This document shows, in pieces, positions 49,804 to 59,431 of a stretch of 63,171 nucleotides of DNA. Position numbers and translations under genes: made by a program. Source of the DNA: an uncultured Clostridia bacterium (lineage in GTDB: Bacteria > Bacillota > Clostridia > TANB77 > CAG-508). Below the pieces are notes generated by a model. That model had not been told where the DNA came from and ran no database searches. It saw only the letters and a list, made by a program, of their open reading frames with translations. Each line of letters opens with the position of its first letter. Within the stretch, counting starts at the first letter, position 1. The stretch is taken from the NCBI GenBank assembly GCA_944388755.1, contig CALXJY010000005.1, positions 1 to 63,171 on the forward strand, given 5' to 3'.

Positions 49804-50526
49804 ATGATTTTCGAAGATAACTTTAAAATGGGATTAAAAGACATTGGAAAATATAATTTAATGAAAGATAGATCAATGCTAGAAATGTTTGAAAATATTG
49901 GAGCATATCATTCAGACATAGTAGGATATGGAGCTAATGATACAATAAAAACAAAAGTTATATGGATATTATTTGATTGGAAATTAAAAGTTATAAAAAG
50001 ACCAAAATATGGACAAAATATCCATATAAAAACATGGGGCAGAGATATGCAAAAAGCATATACATATAGAGATTTTGAACTATATGATGAGCAAAACAAC
50101 TTATGTGCCATAGCAACATCCAAATGGGCAATAGTAAATTATGATTCAGGAAAATTAGTAAGAATTACAGATGAAATAGCAAATAGTTATGGAGTAGAAG
50201 AAAAATCAGTTTTTGAAAATAGGAAAATAGAAAAAATAAATCTGCCAAATACGTATACAAATACATATAATTATACAGTAAGTAGAAGAGATATAGATAT
50301 AAATGGACATATGCATAATTTATACTATTTAGACCTAGCATATGAAGCATTACCACAAGAAGTCTATGAAAAAAGACCGTATAACAATGTTATTATAAAT
50401 TATAAAAAAGAAATAAGAATAGGAGAAACAGTAAAATGCAAATATGGTCTAATAGATAATAAACATGTTGTTGCAATATATAGTGAAGATGAAAAAAAAT
50501 TACACGCTGTTATACAATTAAATTAA
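49804..50526 (+). CDS. acyl-ACP thioesterase
   Basis: Double hot-dog organisation, with the second half carrying RRDIDINGHMHNLYYLD. Confidence 0.75.
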   Translation: MIFEDNFKMGLKDIGKYNLMKDRSMLEMFENIGAYHSDIVGYGANDTIKTKVIWILFDWKLKVIKRPKYGQNIHIKTWGRDMQKAYTYRDFELYDEQNNLCAIATSKWAIVNYDSGKLVRITDEIANSYGVEEKSVFENRKIEKINLPNTYTNTYNYTVSRRDIDINGHMHNLYYLDLAYEALPQEVYEKRPYNNVIINYKKEIRIGETVKCKYGLIDNKHVVAIYSEDEKKLHAVIQLN

Positions 50527-50601
50527 AAAATAGTTGAAAAAAGTCGAGATAGATGTTATAATATATAGCGTCATAAAGAGAAGGAAAGGATGAAAAGTAA
50601 A

Positions 50602-52041
50602 ATGAAAAAAAATTTAAGAAAAACAAAAATAGTTGGAACAATAGGTCCAGCAAGTGAACACAAGCTAAAAGAACTAATTGAAGCAGGACTAAATGTAACA
50701 AGAATTAATTACTCACATGGAAGTTGGGACGAACAATCAGAAAAAACTGAAGAAATAATAAGATTAAGAAAAGAATTAGATGTACCAGTTGCATTATTAT
50801 TAGATATGCAAGGACCTGAAATCAGGACAGGTATGCTAGTTACAGGAAAAAACGAAAAAATACAACTAGAAGATGGACAAAAATTTACTTTAGTAAACGA
50901 AGATATCCTTGGGGATAAGGATAAAGTATCTGTATCATATAAACAATTATACCAAGATGTAAAACCAGGAGCAAAAGTTTTAATTGATGATGGAGCCATA
51001 GAATTAGTGGTTGATGAAATTGTTGATAAAGATATATTATGTACAGTAGTACATGGAAATGGATTAGGAAGCAGAAAAACAATAAACTTACCAGGTACTC
51101 CAGTACGTTTACCAGCATTAAAAGATAAAGATATAGCAGACTTAAAAACAGCTTGTGAACATGACTATGACTATGTTGCAATGTCATTTACAAGAAATAA
51201 AGACGATATAGCACAAGTTAGAAAAGTATTAGATGAAAATGGTGGAAAAGACATTAAGATTATTACAAAAGTAGAAAATGTTGAAGGTTTAGAAAATATG
51301 GAAGAAATAGTTGAACATGCAGATGTTCAAATGATTGCACGTGGAGATATGGCAACAGAGACAGATTTTACAGAGCCACCAGTTGCCCAAAAGAAATTTA
51401 TAAAATTATCAAACAGAGCATGTAAACCTGCAATTACTGCAACACAAATGTTAGAATCTATGACATACAACCCATTACCAACTAGAGCAGAAGCAAGCGA
51501 TGTTGCAAATGCAATTTATGATAGAACAAGTGCAGTAATGCTATCAGGAGAATGTGCTATGGGAAAATATCCTGTAGAATGTGTTGAAACAATGGTAAAA
51601 ATAGCAGGTAGAGTAGAACCAGACATAGATTATTGGAAAAGATTTAGAACAAATGACAACATAGATTTAGCAGATTTCGAAACAAAAATAGCATATTCAA
51701 CATGTATTACGGCAATGAATATGGAAGCAGATGCAATCATATGTTATACAAACACAGGAGATTCAGCAAGAAAATTATCAGGTCTTGGTGCAGGATGTCC
51801 AATATTAGCAATAACAGATAATAGAAGAACATATAACCAATTAGCAATTGTTTGGAATGTAACACCAATATATATTGAAAAAAATGATAATATTGATAAA
51901 ACTGTTGAATTAGGAATTCAAAAATTAAAAGACAAGGGAATACTTGAAAAAGGAGACACTGTTGTTATTTCAGGAGGAGCTACTTTATTAGAAGATACAG
52001 CTGAATATAGCAAAATAATAGGTGGAATTGCAAAAATATAA
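50602..52041 (+). CDS. pyk: pyruvate kinase
   Basis: KTKIVGTIGPAS, NYSHG, MIARGDMA, MLSGECAMGKYP. The start could be ATG 50590 or 50602. Confidence 0.92.
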   Translation: MKKNLRKTKIVGTIGPASEHKLKELIEAGLNVTRINYSHGSWDEQSEKTEEIIRLRKELDVPVALLLDMQGPEIRTGMLVTGKNEKIQLEDGQKFTLVNEDILGDKDKVSVSYKQLYQDVKPGAKVLIDDGAIELVVDEIVDKDILCTVVHGNGLGSRKTINLPGTPVRLPALKDKDIADLKTACEHDYDYVAMSFTRNKDDIAQVRKVLDENGGKDIKIITKVENVEGLENMEEIVEHADVQMIARGDMATETDFTEPPVAQKKFIKLSNRACKPAITATQMLESMTYNPLPTRAEASDVANAIYDRTSAVMLSGECAMGKYPVECVETMVKIAGRVEPDIDYWKRFRTNDNIDLADFETKIAYSTCITAMNMEADAIICYTNTGDSARKLSGLGAGCPILAITDNRRTYNQLAIVWNVTPIYIEKNDNIDKTVELGIQKLKDKGILEKGDTVVISGGATLLEDTAEYSKIIGGIAKI

Positions 52042-52141
52042 TTTGACATAAATAAAAAAATATAGTAAAATAAATATACTAATGAATATTCATTAGTTTT
52101 AGGAAAAATGTTTTTATGCGCACAAAAAACAGTTTTCCTCT

Positions 52142-52169
52142 AGGCGGTAATTTATATTACCGCCTTTTA
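52142..52169 (+). terminator. rho-independent terminator after pyk
   Basis: 10-bp stem aggcggtaat/attaccgcct plus TTTT. Confidence 0.8.
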
Positions 52170-52302
52170 AAACATGAGAAAAACTAGTATTTTTATAGTA
52201 GAACAATAACATATTATTTATAATAGTTTGTTTGCTAAATAAAAAAATTTATGTTATTATGTATTCATACAAAATAAATAATAATATGTAGGAAGTGATT
52301 CT

Positions 52303-54831
52303 GTGAAGAGAAAAATAAAAAAAGAAGAAATTCCAAAATCAGTACAAAAAATGAAAAAAGAAAAAGAAAAAAGAGATAAATTAGAAAAAAAGGGAAAAAG
52401 AATAAAAAAAGATAGAAAAAAATTAGTAAAAAAAATAATAATAATATTAATAATTGTAATAATACTAGTAATAGGAACATTATTAGCAATATCAGCATAT
52501 ACTTGGAAAAAAATAACAACAGACATGTTTCAAAATAGAAATTCGATTGTTGTAGATAATGAAGGAAACACGATTGCGGAAATAGGAACAGCACAAAAAA
52601 AACTCACAGTAGATATTGAAAATATGCCACAAAATCTTGTTAATGCATATGTTTCAATAGAAGACGAAAGATTTTATAAACATCATGGAGTAGATATAAA
52701 AAGGACAATTGGGGCAATAGGATCATATATAATACATTTTGGAAATTCATCATATGGAGGAAGCACAATAACACAGCAAGTAGTAAAAAACTTAACAGGA
52801 GACAACACAGACTCAATAACACGTAAAATAAAAGAATGGTGGAAAGCATATTTATTAGAATGCTATTTTACAAAACAAGAAATATTAGAAATATATTTAA
52901 ATGTAATTTATGTTGGACCAAATATGTATGGTGTACAAACAGGAGCAAAATATTATTTTAATAAAGATATATCAAACTTAAGCTTAGCAGAATGTGCATA
53001 TTTAGCAGGAATAAATAATTCACCAAATTCATACAATCCTTTTGAAGAAACAGATAACAAAGAAAAAATAATAAAAAGAACAAAAACAGTATTACAAAAA
53101 ATGTTAGAATTAGGATATATAAATAATGAAGAATATACTAATGCAATTAATGAAGTCGATACTGGATTAAAATTCACAAAAGGAGAAATAGAATCAAAGA
53201 ATTCAATTTATTCTTATCACACAGATGCATTAATTTCACAGGTAATAGAAGACTTAGAAAAACAAAAAAATATGTCTGAAGAGTTTGCTACAAATTATTT
53301 ATATATGGGTGGACTAACTATACATAGTACACAAAATACAAAAATACAAGAAGAAACAGAAGCAGAATTTCAAAAAAAGCAATACCAAATAAAATCATCT
53401 GATGGAACAACAACAGCACAATCAGCAATGGTAATAATTGACCATAAAACAGGAAATGTTTTGGCATGTGTTGGAGGACTTGGAAAAAAAGATACATATA
53501 GGGGACTAAATAGAGCAACACAAAGTAAAAGACAAACAGGCTCATCAATTAAGCCATTAGCAGTATTAATTCCTGGAATTAGTGAAAAAAAATTTACTGG
53601 AGCAACTATTTATACAGATGAGCAAAAAACTTTTGAAAATAGCTATGAACCTAAAAATAATAATGATAAATATTTAGGAAAAATAACTGTTAGAAGAGCA
53701 TTATCATCATCACAAAACATACCATTTGTAGAAATGATGGAACAGATAACACCAAAAAAATCTATAGAATACTTAGAAAAAATGGGAATAAGTTCATTAA
53801 CAGATGAAGATGAAAGTTTAGCATTAGCTTTAGGAGGATTAGAAGAAGGAATAACACCTCTAGAAATGGCAGGAGCATATTCAACTATAGCAAATGATGG
53901 TAAATATATTGAACCTACATTTTACACATTAATAACAAATTATTTCGGAAATGATATTATAAAAGCAAAACAAGAAACCAAAAATGTATTTTCAAAACAA
54001 GTAGCTTATGTTATAAAAGAATTACTAACAGAACCGGTTGTAGGAATAGGAGGAACAGCACCATATTGTTCAATAAATGGAATAGATGTATCAGCTAAAA
54101 CTGGAACGACAGACGAAAATTATGATAGATGGTTATGTGGATTTACACCATATTACACTGGAGTAACATGGTTTGGATATGATCAGAATGAAACTATATA
54201 TTATAACAATCAAAACCCAGCAGGAATAATATGGGCTAATGTAATGAGAAATGCACATAATGGGCTAGAAAGCAAAAGATTTGAAAAACCAAGTTGGGTA
54301 ACAACATATACTATATGTGCAGAAACTGGTATGATTGCAAGAGAGGGATGTACTAATAAATATCAAGAAAACTTTTTATGGGGAACAGAACCTAATGAAT
54401 GTACAAAACATTCAGGAAATAAAGTTAATGTAAATAATACAAATAAAAATGAAAATACTAACAAGATATATATTGATAATCAAGAAGACTTAGAATTAAA
54501 TGCAGATGATAATATTGTATATGAAAATACAATTCAAACCAATAAAAATGAAGAAGAAAACACAATAGAAACAGAAAATGAAACAGAAGAGAATACTATA
54601 AATAACAGCATTTCAAATGATATAGTTGTAAATAATACAACTACGAAAAATGAAGTAAATCAAAATAAAACAAATATAATTTCAAACAATACAAATACTA
54701 CAAGTAGAAATACTATAAAAGAAAATACAACAGGTACTACTAATAGTACTAAAAATGAAACAAGTACAAGCCTAAACACAACAAACAGTTCAAAAGATAA
54801 TTCAAATACAAGTAATATAAGCAATGAATAA
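52303..54831 (+). CDS. class A penicillin-binding protein (second PBP1A paralog)
   Basis: GTG start; EDERFYKHHGVD, GGSTITQQVVKN, QTGSSIKP, SQN, KTGTT. It has a very long Asn/Thr-rich C-terminal tail. Confidence 0.9.
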   Translation: MKRKIKKEEIPKSVQKMKKEKEKRDKLEKKGKRIKKDRKKLVKKIIIILIIVIILVIGTLLAISAYTWKKITTDMFQNRNSIVVDNEGNTIAEIGTAQKKLTVDIENMPQNLVNAYVSIEDERFYKHHGVDIKRTIGAIGSYIIHFGNSSYGGSTITQQVVKNLTGDNTDSITRKIKEWWKAYLLECYFTKQEILEIYLNVIYVGPNMYGVQTGAKYYFNKDISNLSLAECAYLAGINNSPNSYNPFEETDNKEKIIKRTKTVLQKMLELGYINNEEYTNAINEVDTGLKFTKGEIESKNSIYSYHTDALISQVIEDLEKQKNMSEEFATNYLYMGGLTIHSTQNTKIQEETEAEFQKKQYQIKSSDGTTTAQSAMVIIDHKTGNVLACVGGLGKKDTYRGLNRATQSKRQTGSSIKPLAVLIPGISEKKFTGATIYTDEQKTFENSYEPKNNNDKYLGKITVRRALSSSQNIPFVEMMEQITPKKSIEYLEKMGISSLTDEDESLALALGGLEEGITPLEMAGAYSTIANDGKYIEPTFYTLITNYFGNDIIKAKQETKNVFSKQVAYVIKELLTEPVVGIGGTAPYCSINGIDVSAKTGTTDENYDRWLCGFTPYYTGVTWFGYDQNETIYYNNQNPAGIIWANVMRNAHNGLESKRFEKPSWVTTYTICAETGMIAREGCTNKYQENFLWGTEPNECTKHSGNKVNVNNTNKNENTNKIYIDNQEDLELNADDNIVYENTIQTNKNEEENTIETENETEENTINNSISNDIVVNNTTTKNEVNQNKTNIISNNTNTTSRNTIKENTTGTTNSTKNETSTSLNTTNSSKDNSNTSNISNE

Positions 54832-54906
54832 ATATAAAATAATAATTCAGTTTGAAAGGAAAAGCTTTTATAACTATGTGTAACTTTAAAACTAAGTGAG
54901 AAAGGA

Positions 54907-55419
54907 ATGAAATTTATTATGGAAGAAAATAAAAAGGATTTAATAGAAAATACAAAAATTATATTTATTTATGGGAAAGAAAAGGTTGATGGAATAAATA
55001 GAGAAGGAGAAATAGAAAAAATATATAAGGATAAAGAAGATACAGCACATTTTTTCTATATGAAAGAATATTTAAAAAACCATTTTTTAGATGAAAAAGA
55101 GATTCAAAATTCAGTAAATATACATGACGTAAATAGTATCTTTTATGAAGTACAAAAAAAAGGACATATAGTATTTGCAGAAAATACGTCAGTCAAAAAA
55201 CATAAAACAGGAATACTTTATTATCCAATAAATGTTACTGATAATCAGAAAAAATCTCTAGAAAAGGTTAGACAAGAATTAGAAAACGAAAATTACACAG
55301 TTATAGTATTAAAGAATTTACATAGAAGTGAAGAAGGAGTACTAAAGGGAAAACAGGATATAGGTGAAGCAAAAAACTTAAAAGGATTAACAGCTATTGA
55401 GTCAGAATATGAGTATTGA
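54907..55419 (+). CDS. hypothetical protein
   Basis: 170-aa ORF; start at 54907 or 54919; I recognise no family. Confidence 0.5.
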   Translation: MKFIMEENKKDLIENTKIIFIYGKEKVDGINREGEIEKIYKDKEDTAHFFYMKEYLKNHFLDEKEIQNSVNIHDVNSIFYEVQKKGHIVFAENTSVKKHKTGILYYPINVTDNQKKSLEKVRQELENENYTVIVLKNLHRSEEGVLKGKQDIGEAKNLKGLTAIESEYEY

Positions 55420-55471
55420 AAAATAAAGTAATTCGTGTTATAATTTCAGTTATTACAAGGGAGGGTAACAT

Positions 55472-57070
55472 ATGGAATTTAAAGAAAAGAAAAATATATT
55501 AATAGGTGGCGCATGGCCATATGCAAATAATTCACTGCATATAGGACATATAGCAGGATTAATTTCAGGAGATGTGGTAGCAAGATTTTATAGACAAATA
55601 GGATATAATGTACTATATGTTTCAGGAACTGATTGCCACGGAACACCAATAACGCTAAGAGCAAAAAAAGAAAATAAAAGTCCTAAAGAAATTGCAGAAG
55701 AATATCATAAAGAATTTACAAAATGTTTTGAAGATATGCAATTTTCTTATGATTTGTATACAAAAACAGAAGATGAATTTCACAAAGAAAAGGTTCAAGA
55801 ATTATTTAAAAAAATGTATGACAATGGATATATTTATGAAAAAAAAGATATGCAACCATATTGTGAACATTGCGAAAAATTTGTAGCAGATAGGGAATTA
55901 TTATTACAATGCCCTTCTTGTGGAAACGAAACAAAAGGAGATATGTGTGATTGTGGATATGAACCAAAAGCAGAAGATTTATTAAATGCAAAATGTATAG
56001 AATGCGGAAATAAAGTTATTGCAAAAGAAAATAATAATTTATATTTAGCATTAGGAAAATTACAAGAAAAAATTGAAAAATATGTAGAACAAAACAAAAA
56101 AAATTGGAGAATAAGTTCTCAAAATGAAACAGAAAAATATTTAAGAGAAGGACTACCTGAAAAAGCTGTAACAAGGAATTTAGAATGGGGAGTAGATATT
56201 CCAATTAAAGGATTTGAAGACAAAAAAATGTATGTATGGATTGAAGCAGTGCTTGGATATATAACAGCATGCCAAAAAATATGTAATGAAAGGAATCTTG
56301 ACTGGACAAAATTTTGGAAAGAAAATAACAATAATTATATATATATGGTTCATGGAAAAGATAATATAACATTCCATACAATTATATTACCAGCATTATT
56401 ACTTGCATTAGATGATAATTATAAATTACCAGATTATATGATTGCTACTCAATATCTAAACATTAATTCTGAAAAAATATCAAAATCAAAAGGAAATGGA
56501 ATAACAATAAGAGATATGTTAGATAATTATGATTCAGATATGATAAGATATTATTTAATAGGAAACGGACCAGAAAGAAAAGATAGTAATTTTTCAATTG
56601 AAGAATTTATAGCTACATGCAATGCTGAAATTGTAAACAAATATGGAAATTTAATAAATAGAACGCTAAAATATAAGGGACTTGAAAAGATTCCAAATGG
56701 CGAAATGAATAAAGAAATTAAGGATAAAATTGAAAATACTTATACTGAAGTTGCACAAGCAATTGAAAACATGGAATTTAGAAAAGCAATAGAAATAATT
56801 AGAAACCTTGTAGAAGAAGGAAATAAATTTTATGAAGAAAAACAACCATGGAAACAACAAAAAGAAGATATTCAAGAATTTAATAATACAATATATACAT
56901 GTAGTAATTTAGTTGCCAACTTATCTAATTTATATGAACCATTTATGCCAAAATCATCAGAAAAAGTAAGAAAATTACTAGATATACCACAAGCTTTGTG
57001 GAAATATATTAAAGTAGAAAAAGATAAAAGATTAAAAGGAATTGAGCCATTATTTGAAAGAATTAAATAA
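55472..57070 (+). CDS. metG: methionine--tRNA ligase (short form)
   Basis: PYANNSLHIGH (HIGH), KISKSKGN (KMSKS), and zinc knuckles CEHCEKF / CPSCGN / CDCGY / CIECGN. Confidence 0.92.
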   Translation: MEFKEKKNILIGGAWPYANNSLHIGHIAGLISGDVVARFYRQIGYNVLYVSGTDCHGTPITLRAKKENKSPKEIAEEYHKEFTKCFEDMQFSYDLYTKTEDEFHKEKVQELFKKMYDNGYIYEKKDMQPYCEHCEKFVADRELLLQCPSCGNETKGDMCDCGYEPKAEDLLNAKCIECGNKVIAKENNNLYLALGKLQEKIEKYVEQNKKNWRISSQNETEKYLREGLPEKAVTRNLEWGVDIPIKGFEDKKMYVWIEAVLGYITACQKICNERNLDWTKFWKENNNNYIYMVHGKDNITFHTIILPALLLALDDNYKLPDYMIATQYLNINSEKISKSKGNGITIRDMLDNYDSDMIRYYLIGNGPERKDSNFSIEEFIATCNAEIVNKYGNLINRTLKYKGLEKIPNGEMNKEIKDKIENTYTEVAQAIENMEFRKAIEIIRNLVEEGNKFYEEKQPWKQQKEDIQEFNNTIYTCSNLVANLSNLYEPFMPKSSEKVRKLLDIPQALWKYIKVEKDKRLKGIEPLFERIK

Positions 57071-57095
57071 AATAGATAATAATAAATAATGAACA

Positions 57096-57130
57096 AATCC
57101 ACAGAAAATTGAAATTTTTTCTGTGGATTT
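57096..57130. terminator. hairpin terminator after metG
   Basis: 13-bp stem aaatccacagaaaa/ttttctgtggattt with flanking A/T runs. Confidence 0.75.
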
Positions 57131-57148
57131 AAAAATTAATATTAAATG

Positions 57149-57340
57149 TTATTTACAATCATTATTATTCATATAAAATTTTTTTTCAGATAATTTATCT
57201 TGAACACCACGAAGAGCTTCGCCAAACCTTTGAAAATGCACAACTTCTCTTTCCCTTAAATATCTTAAAGGATCTATTACATCAGGATTATCACGACATA
57301 AATCTATAAGTTTTTCATATGTTGCACGCGCTTTTTGTTC
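57149..57340 (-). pseudogene. remnant of a manganese catalase / CotJC-family gene (C-terminal 63 codons only)
   Basis: The reverse translation EQKARATYEKLIDLCRDNPDVIDPLRYLREREVVHFQRFGEALRGVQDKLSEKKFYMNNNDCK* matches the conserved C-terminal block of Mn-catalases. An in-frame TGA sits immediately upstream, and there is no N-terminal part. Confidence 0.7.
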
Positions 57341-57485
57341 TCAATAGATGATTTTAGTGCAACCAAAAAACTAATACTTTGTTCTAAATTTTCTTCTTAA
57401 ATCTCCAAATTTCTTGCAAAAAATTTTTCATTATGATATTTGTAGATAGTTTTTCTAATTAATTAAAAAGAACAGAGCCAAAGCT

Positions 57486-57731
57486 CTATTCCTCGAATAT
57501 GAACTTGGCTCTGCAAACGCAATCATTTATTGCATCCTGAAGAACATTATCAGGAACAGATGCGTTTTTTACCAAAACACAAGCTTCTGTATTCGATTGC
57601 AGTTTCCGATTTATGATAACATTTCCTTTTACAAGGAGAGTATCAAAATTTTCCCAAATGGAAAAGTTAAAAACCGCATGTTTTTGTGAAATAGATATAC
57701 ATTCGTTTGTGTTGGTGTATTTTTTCTTCAT
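57486..57731 (-). CDS. hypothetical small protein (atypical codon usage; contains one in-frame CGG-A)
   Basis: 81-aa ORF that uses GC-richer codons (ctg, tcg, gcc, gag) than its neighbours. CGG lies at 57608-57606, followed by A. Confidence 0.35.
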   Translation of the reverse strand: MKKKYTNTNECISISQKHAVFNFSIWENFDTLLVKGNVIINRKLQSNTEACVLVKNASVPDNVLQDAINDCVCRAKFIFEE

Positions 57732-57903
57732 AATGTCCCTTTCTGTGATAATCTCACAAACAATCTACAAGTTACTAAATTAATTATAGTATATTTTGGC
57801 TAAAATGTCAAAAAAACTCATACAAATTATACCAAAACGTAGATTATTTTTTTCTGATATGATATATTTAAAATGAAAACAATAAAAGGAGGATTTTTAA
57901 AAA

Positions 57904-58599
57904 ATGAAAAAGAAAGTTTTAATCACTATTCTTATTATTATAGTAATAGCAATCGTAGTAGTAGGATATTTTGTATTTAGTGATATGATGCAAGAAGATA
58001 AACTAAAAACAGAGTTATCTGAATTACAACAACTTGTAAACACAGAAAATATTGATATGGATGCAGTAAATGAAAGACTTGATAGAACTGTAACTAGTGG
58101 GGATTATGCACAAGTAGAAAATGCTTTTAAAGCTTATTTAAGAGAAAATTTTGACAACAGCATAGAAATTGCAGAGATATTAAATGATGAAAAAATTACA
58201 ACATTATTAACAGTAGAAAATTATGAAAGTGATGGAAAAGATTTCACGGAATCTAAAGAATATATTAATACAACAAGAACTAAATTAGAAGATTGTAAAA
58301 ATAAATATACAGAATTTTTTACTGAAGATAAAGCAATGTCATATATTAATGACAAAGGACTAGACAGTTACTATACAGATTTATATAAGAATGAGTTAAT
58401 GGGAGATATGGATTTAGCATCACAAGACACAACAGTCCAAGACTCAATTGATGAAGTAATATCAATATTAAATACTTCTGAAGAAGTTTTAAATTTATTA
58501 TCAGAAAATCAAAATGCTTGGAAGATTGAAGGAGAAAATATAGTATTTAATATTGAGAGTTTATCAAATAAATATGATGAGCTAATAAATTCCTTATAA
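57904..58599 (+). CDS. membrane-anchored hypothetical protein
   Basis: RBS aaaggagg. MKKKVLITILIIIVIAIVVVGYFVF anchor, followed by an acidic helical ectodomain. Confidence 0.55.
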   Translation: MKKKVLITILIIIVIAIVVVGYFVFSDMMQEDKLKTELSELQQLVNTENIDMDAVNERLDRTVTSGDYAQVENAFKAYLRENFDNSIEIAEILNDEKITTLLTVENYESDGKDFTESKEYINTTRTKLEDCKNKYTEFFTEDKAMSYINDKGLDSYYTDLYKNELMGDMDLASQDTTVQDSIDEVISILNTSEEVLNLLSENQNAWKIEGENIVFNIESLSNKYDELINSL

Positions 58600-58798
58600 C
58601 ATAAATATATACATGTGGTTAAAATTCAAAAGTGTTTAAATCTTAATCAAATTTTAATAATTTATAAATTGATAATTAATAAACAATTGTTATACTAACA
58701 TTACAAAAATGTAAGAATAAAAACATTGATATTAATATACTTTCAGAAGAAAACATGGTATAATATAGATGTTAATTTGATTAATAGAGGGGAACATT

Positions 58799-59347
58799 AT
58801 GGAAGGAGTAATAAAATCTAAAACAACAAAAGATAAAGTAATAGAATATATAACATATATTTTCATATATGCTTTTATAGGTTGGGTAGTAGAAACAATT
58901 TATGCTTTATTTATACATGGACATTTTGTAAAAAGAGGATTCTTATTTGGACCAATTTGTCCTATATATGGTTTTGGAGCAGTTATATTATTACTTATTA
59001 CTCAAAAAATGTATAAAAAACCATTTCAGAAATTTTTAATAGCAACAATTGCATTTACAGTGTTTGAATATATAGTTTCTTTTGTACTTGAAATATTATT
59101 TGGACTAAGATGGTGGGATTACTCAAATGATTTCTTAAATATACAAGGTAGAGTTAGCTTATTGTATTCTATATTTTGGGGAATTGCTGGAGTTATTTTA
59201 TTAGAAAAATTACATCCATTTATACAAAATAAATTACAAAATATAACAACAAAATTTAATAAATATAATATTCAGAATATCATTTGTTTTACTTTTATTT
59301 TTATATTATTAATAGATGTTACCTTTTCAACATTAAAATATTTATAA
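58799..59347 (+). CDS. small polytopic membrane protein (putative ABC-transporter type IV / CmpB-like family)
   Basis: YITYIFIYAFIGWVVETIYALFIHGHFVKRGFLFGPICPIYGFGAV resembles the N-terminal signature of that family. Confidence 0.5.
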   Translation: MEGVIKSKTTKDKVIEYITYIFIYAFIGWVVETIYALFIHGHFVKRGFLFGPICPIYGFGAVILLLITQKMYKKPFQKFLIATIAFTVFEYIVSFVLEILFGLRWWDYSNDFLNIQGRVSLLYSIFWGIAGVILLEKLHPFIQNKLQNITTKFNKYNIQNIICFTFIFILLIDVTFSTLKYL

Positions 59348-59431
59348 AAAATTAAAATGAAGGATTTTAAATGACAGGATATACAATGAAAAAATAAAAT
59401 AGTGAAGCAAAATAAAAGGAGAAAAATATAT

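Noticed and set aside
55420-55471. A T-box leader upstream of metG.
   Set aside because: Only 52 nt separate the upstream ORF from the metG start. That is far too short for a T-box, and no specifier or T-box sequence is visible.
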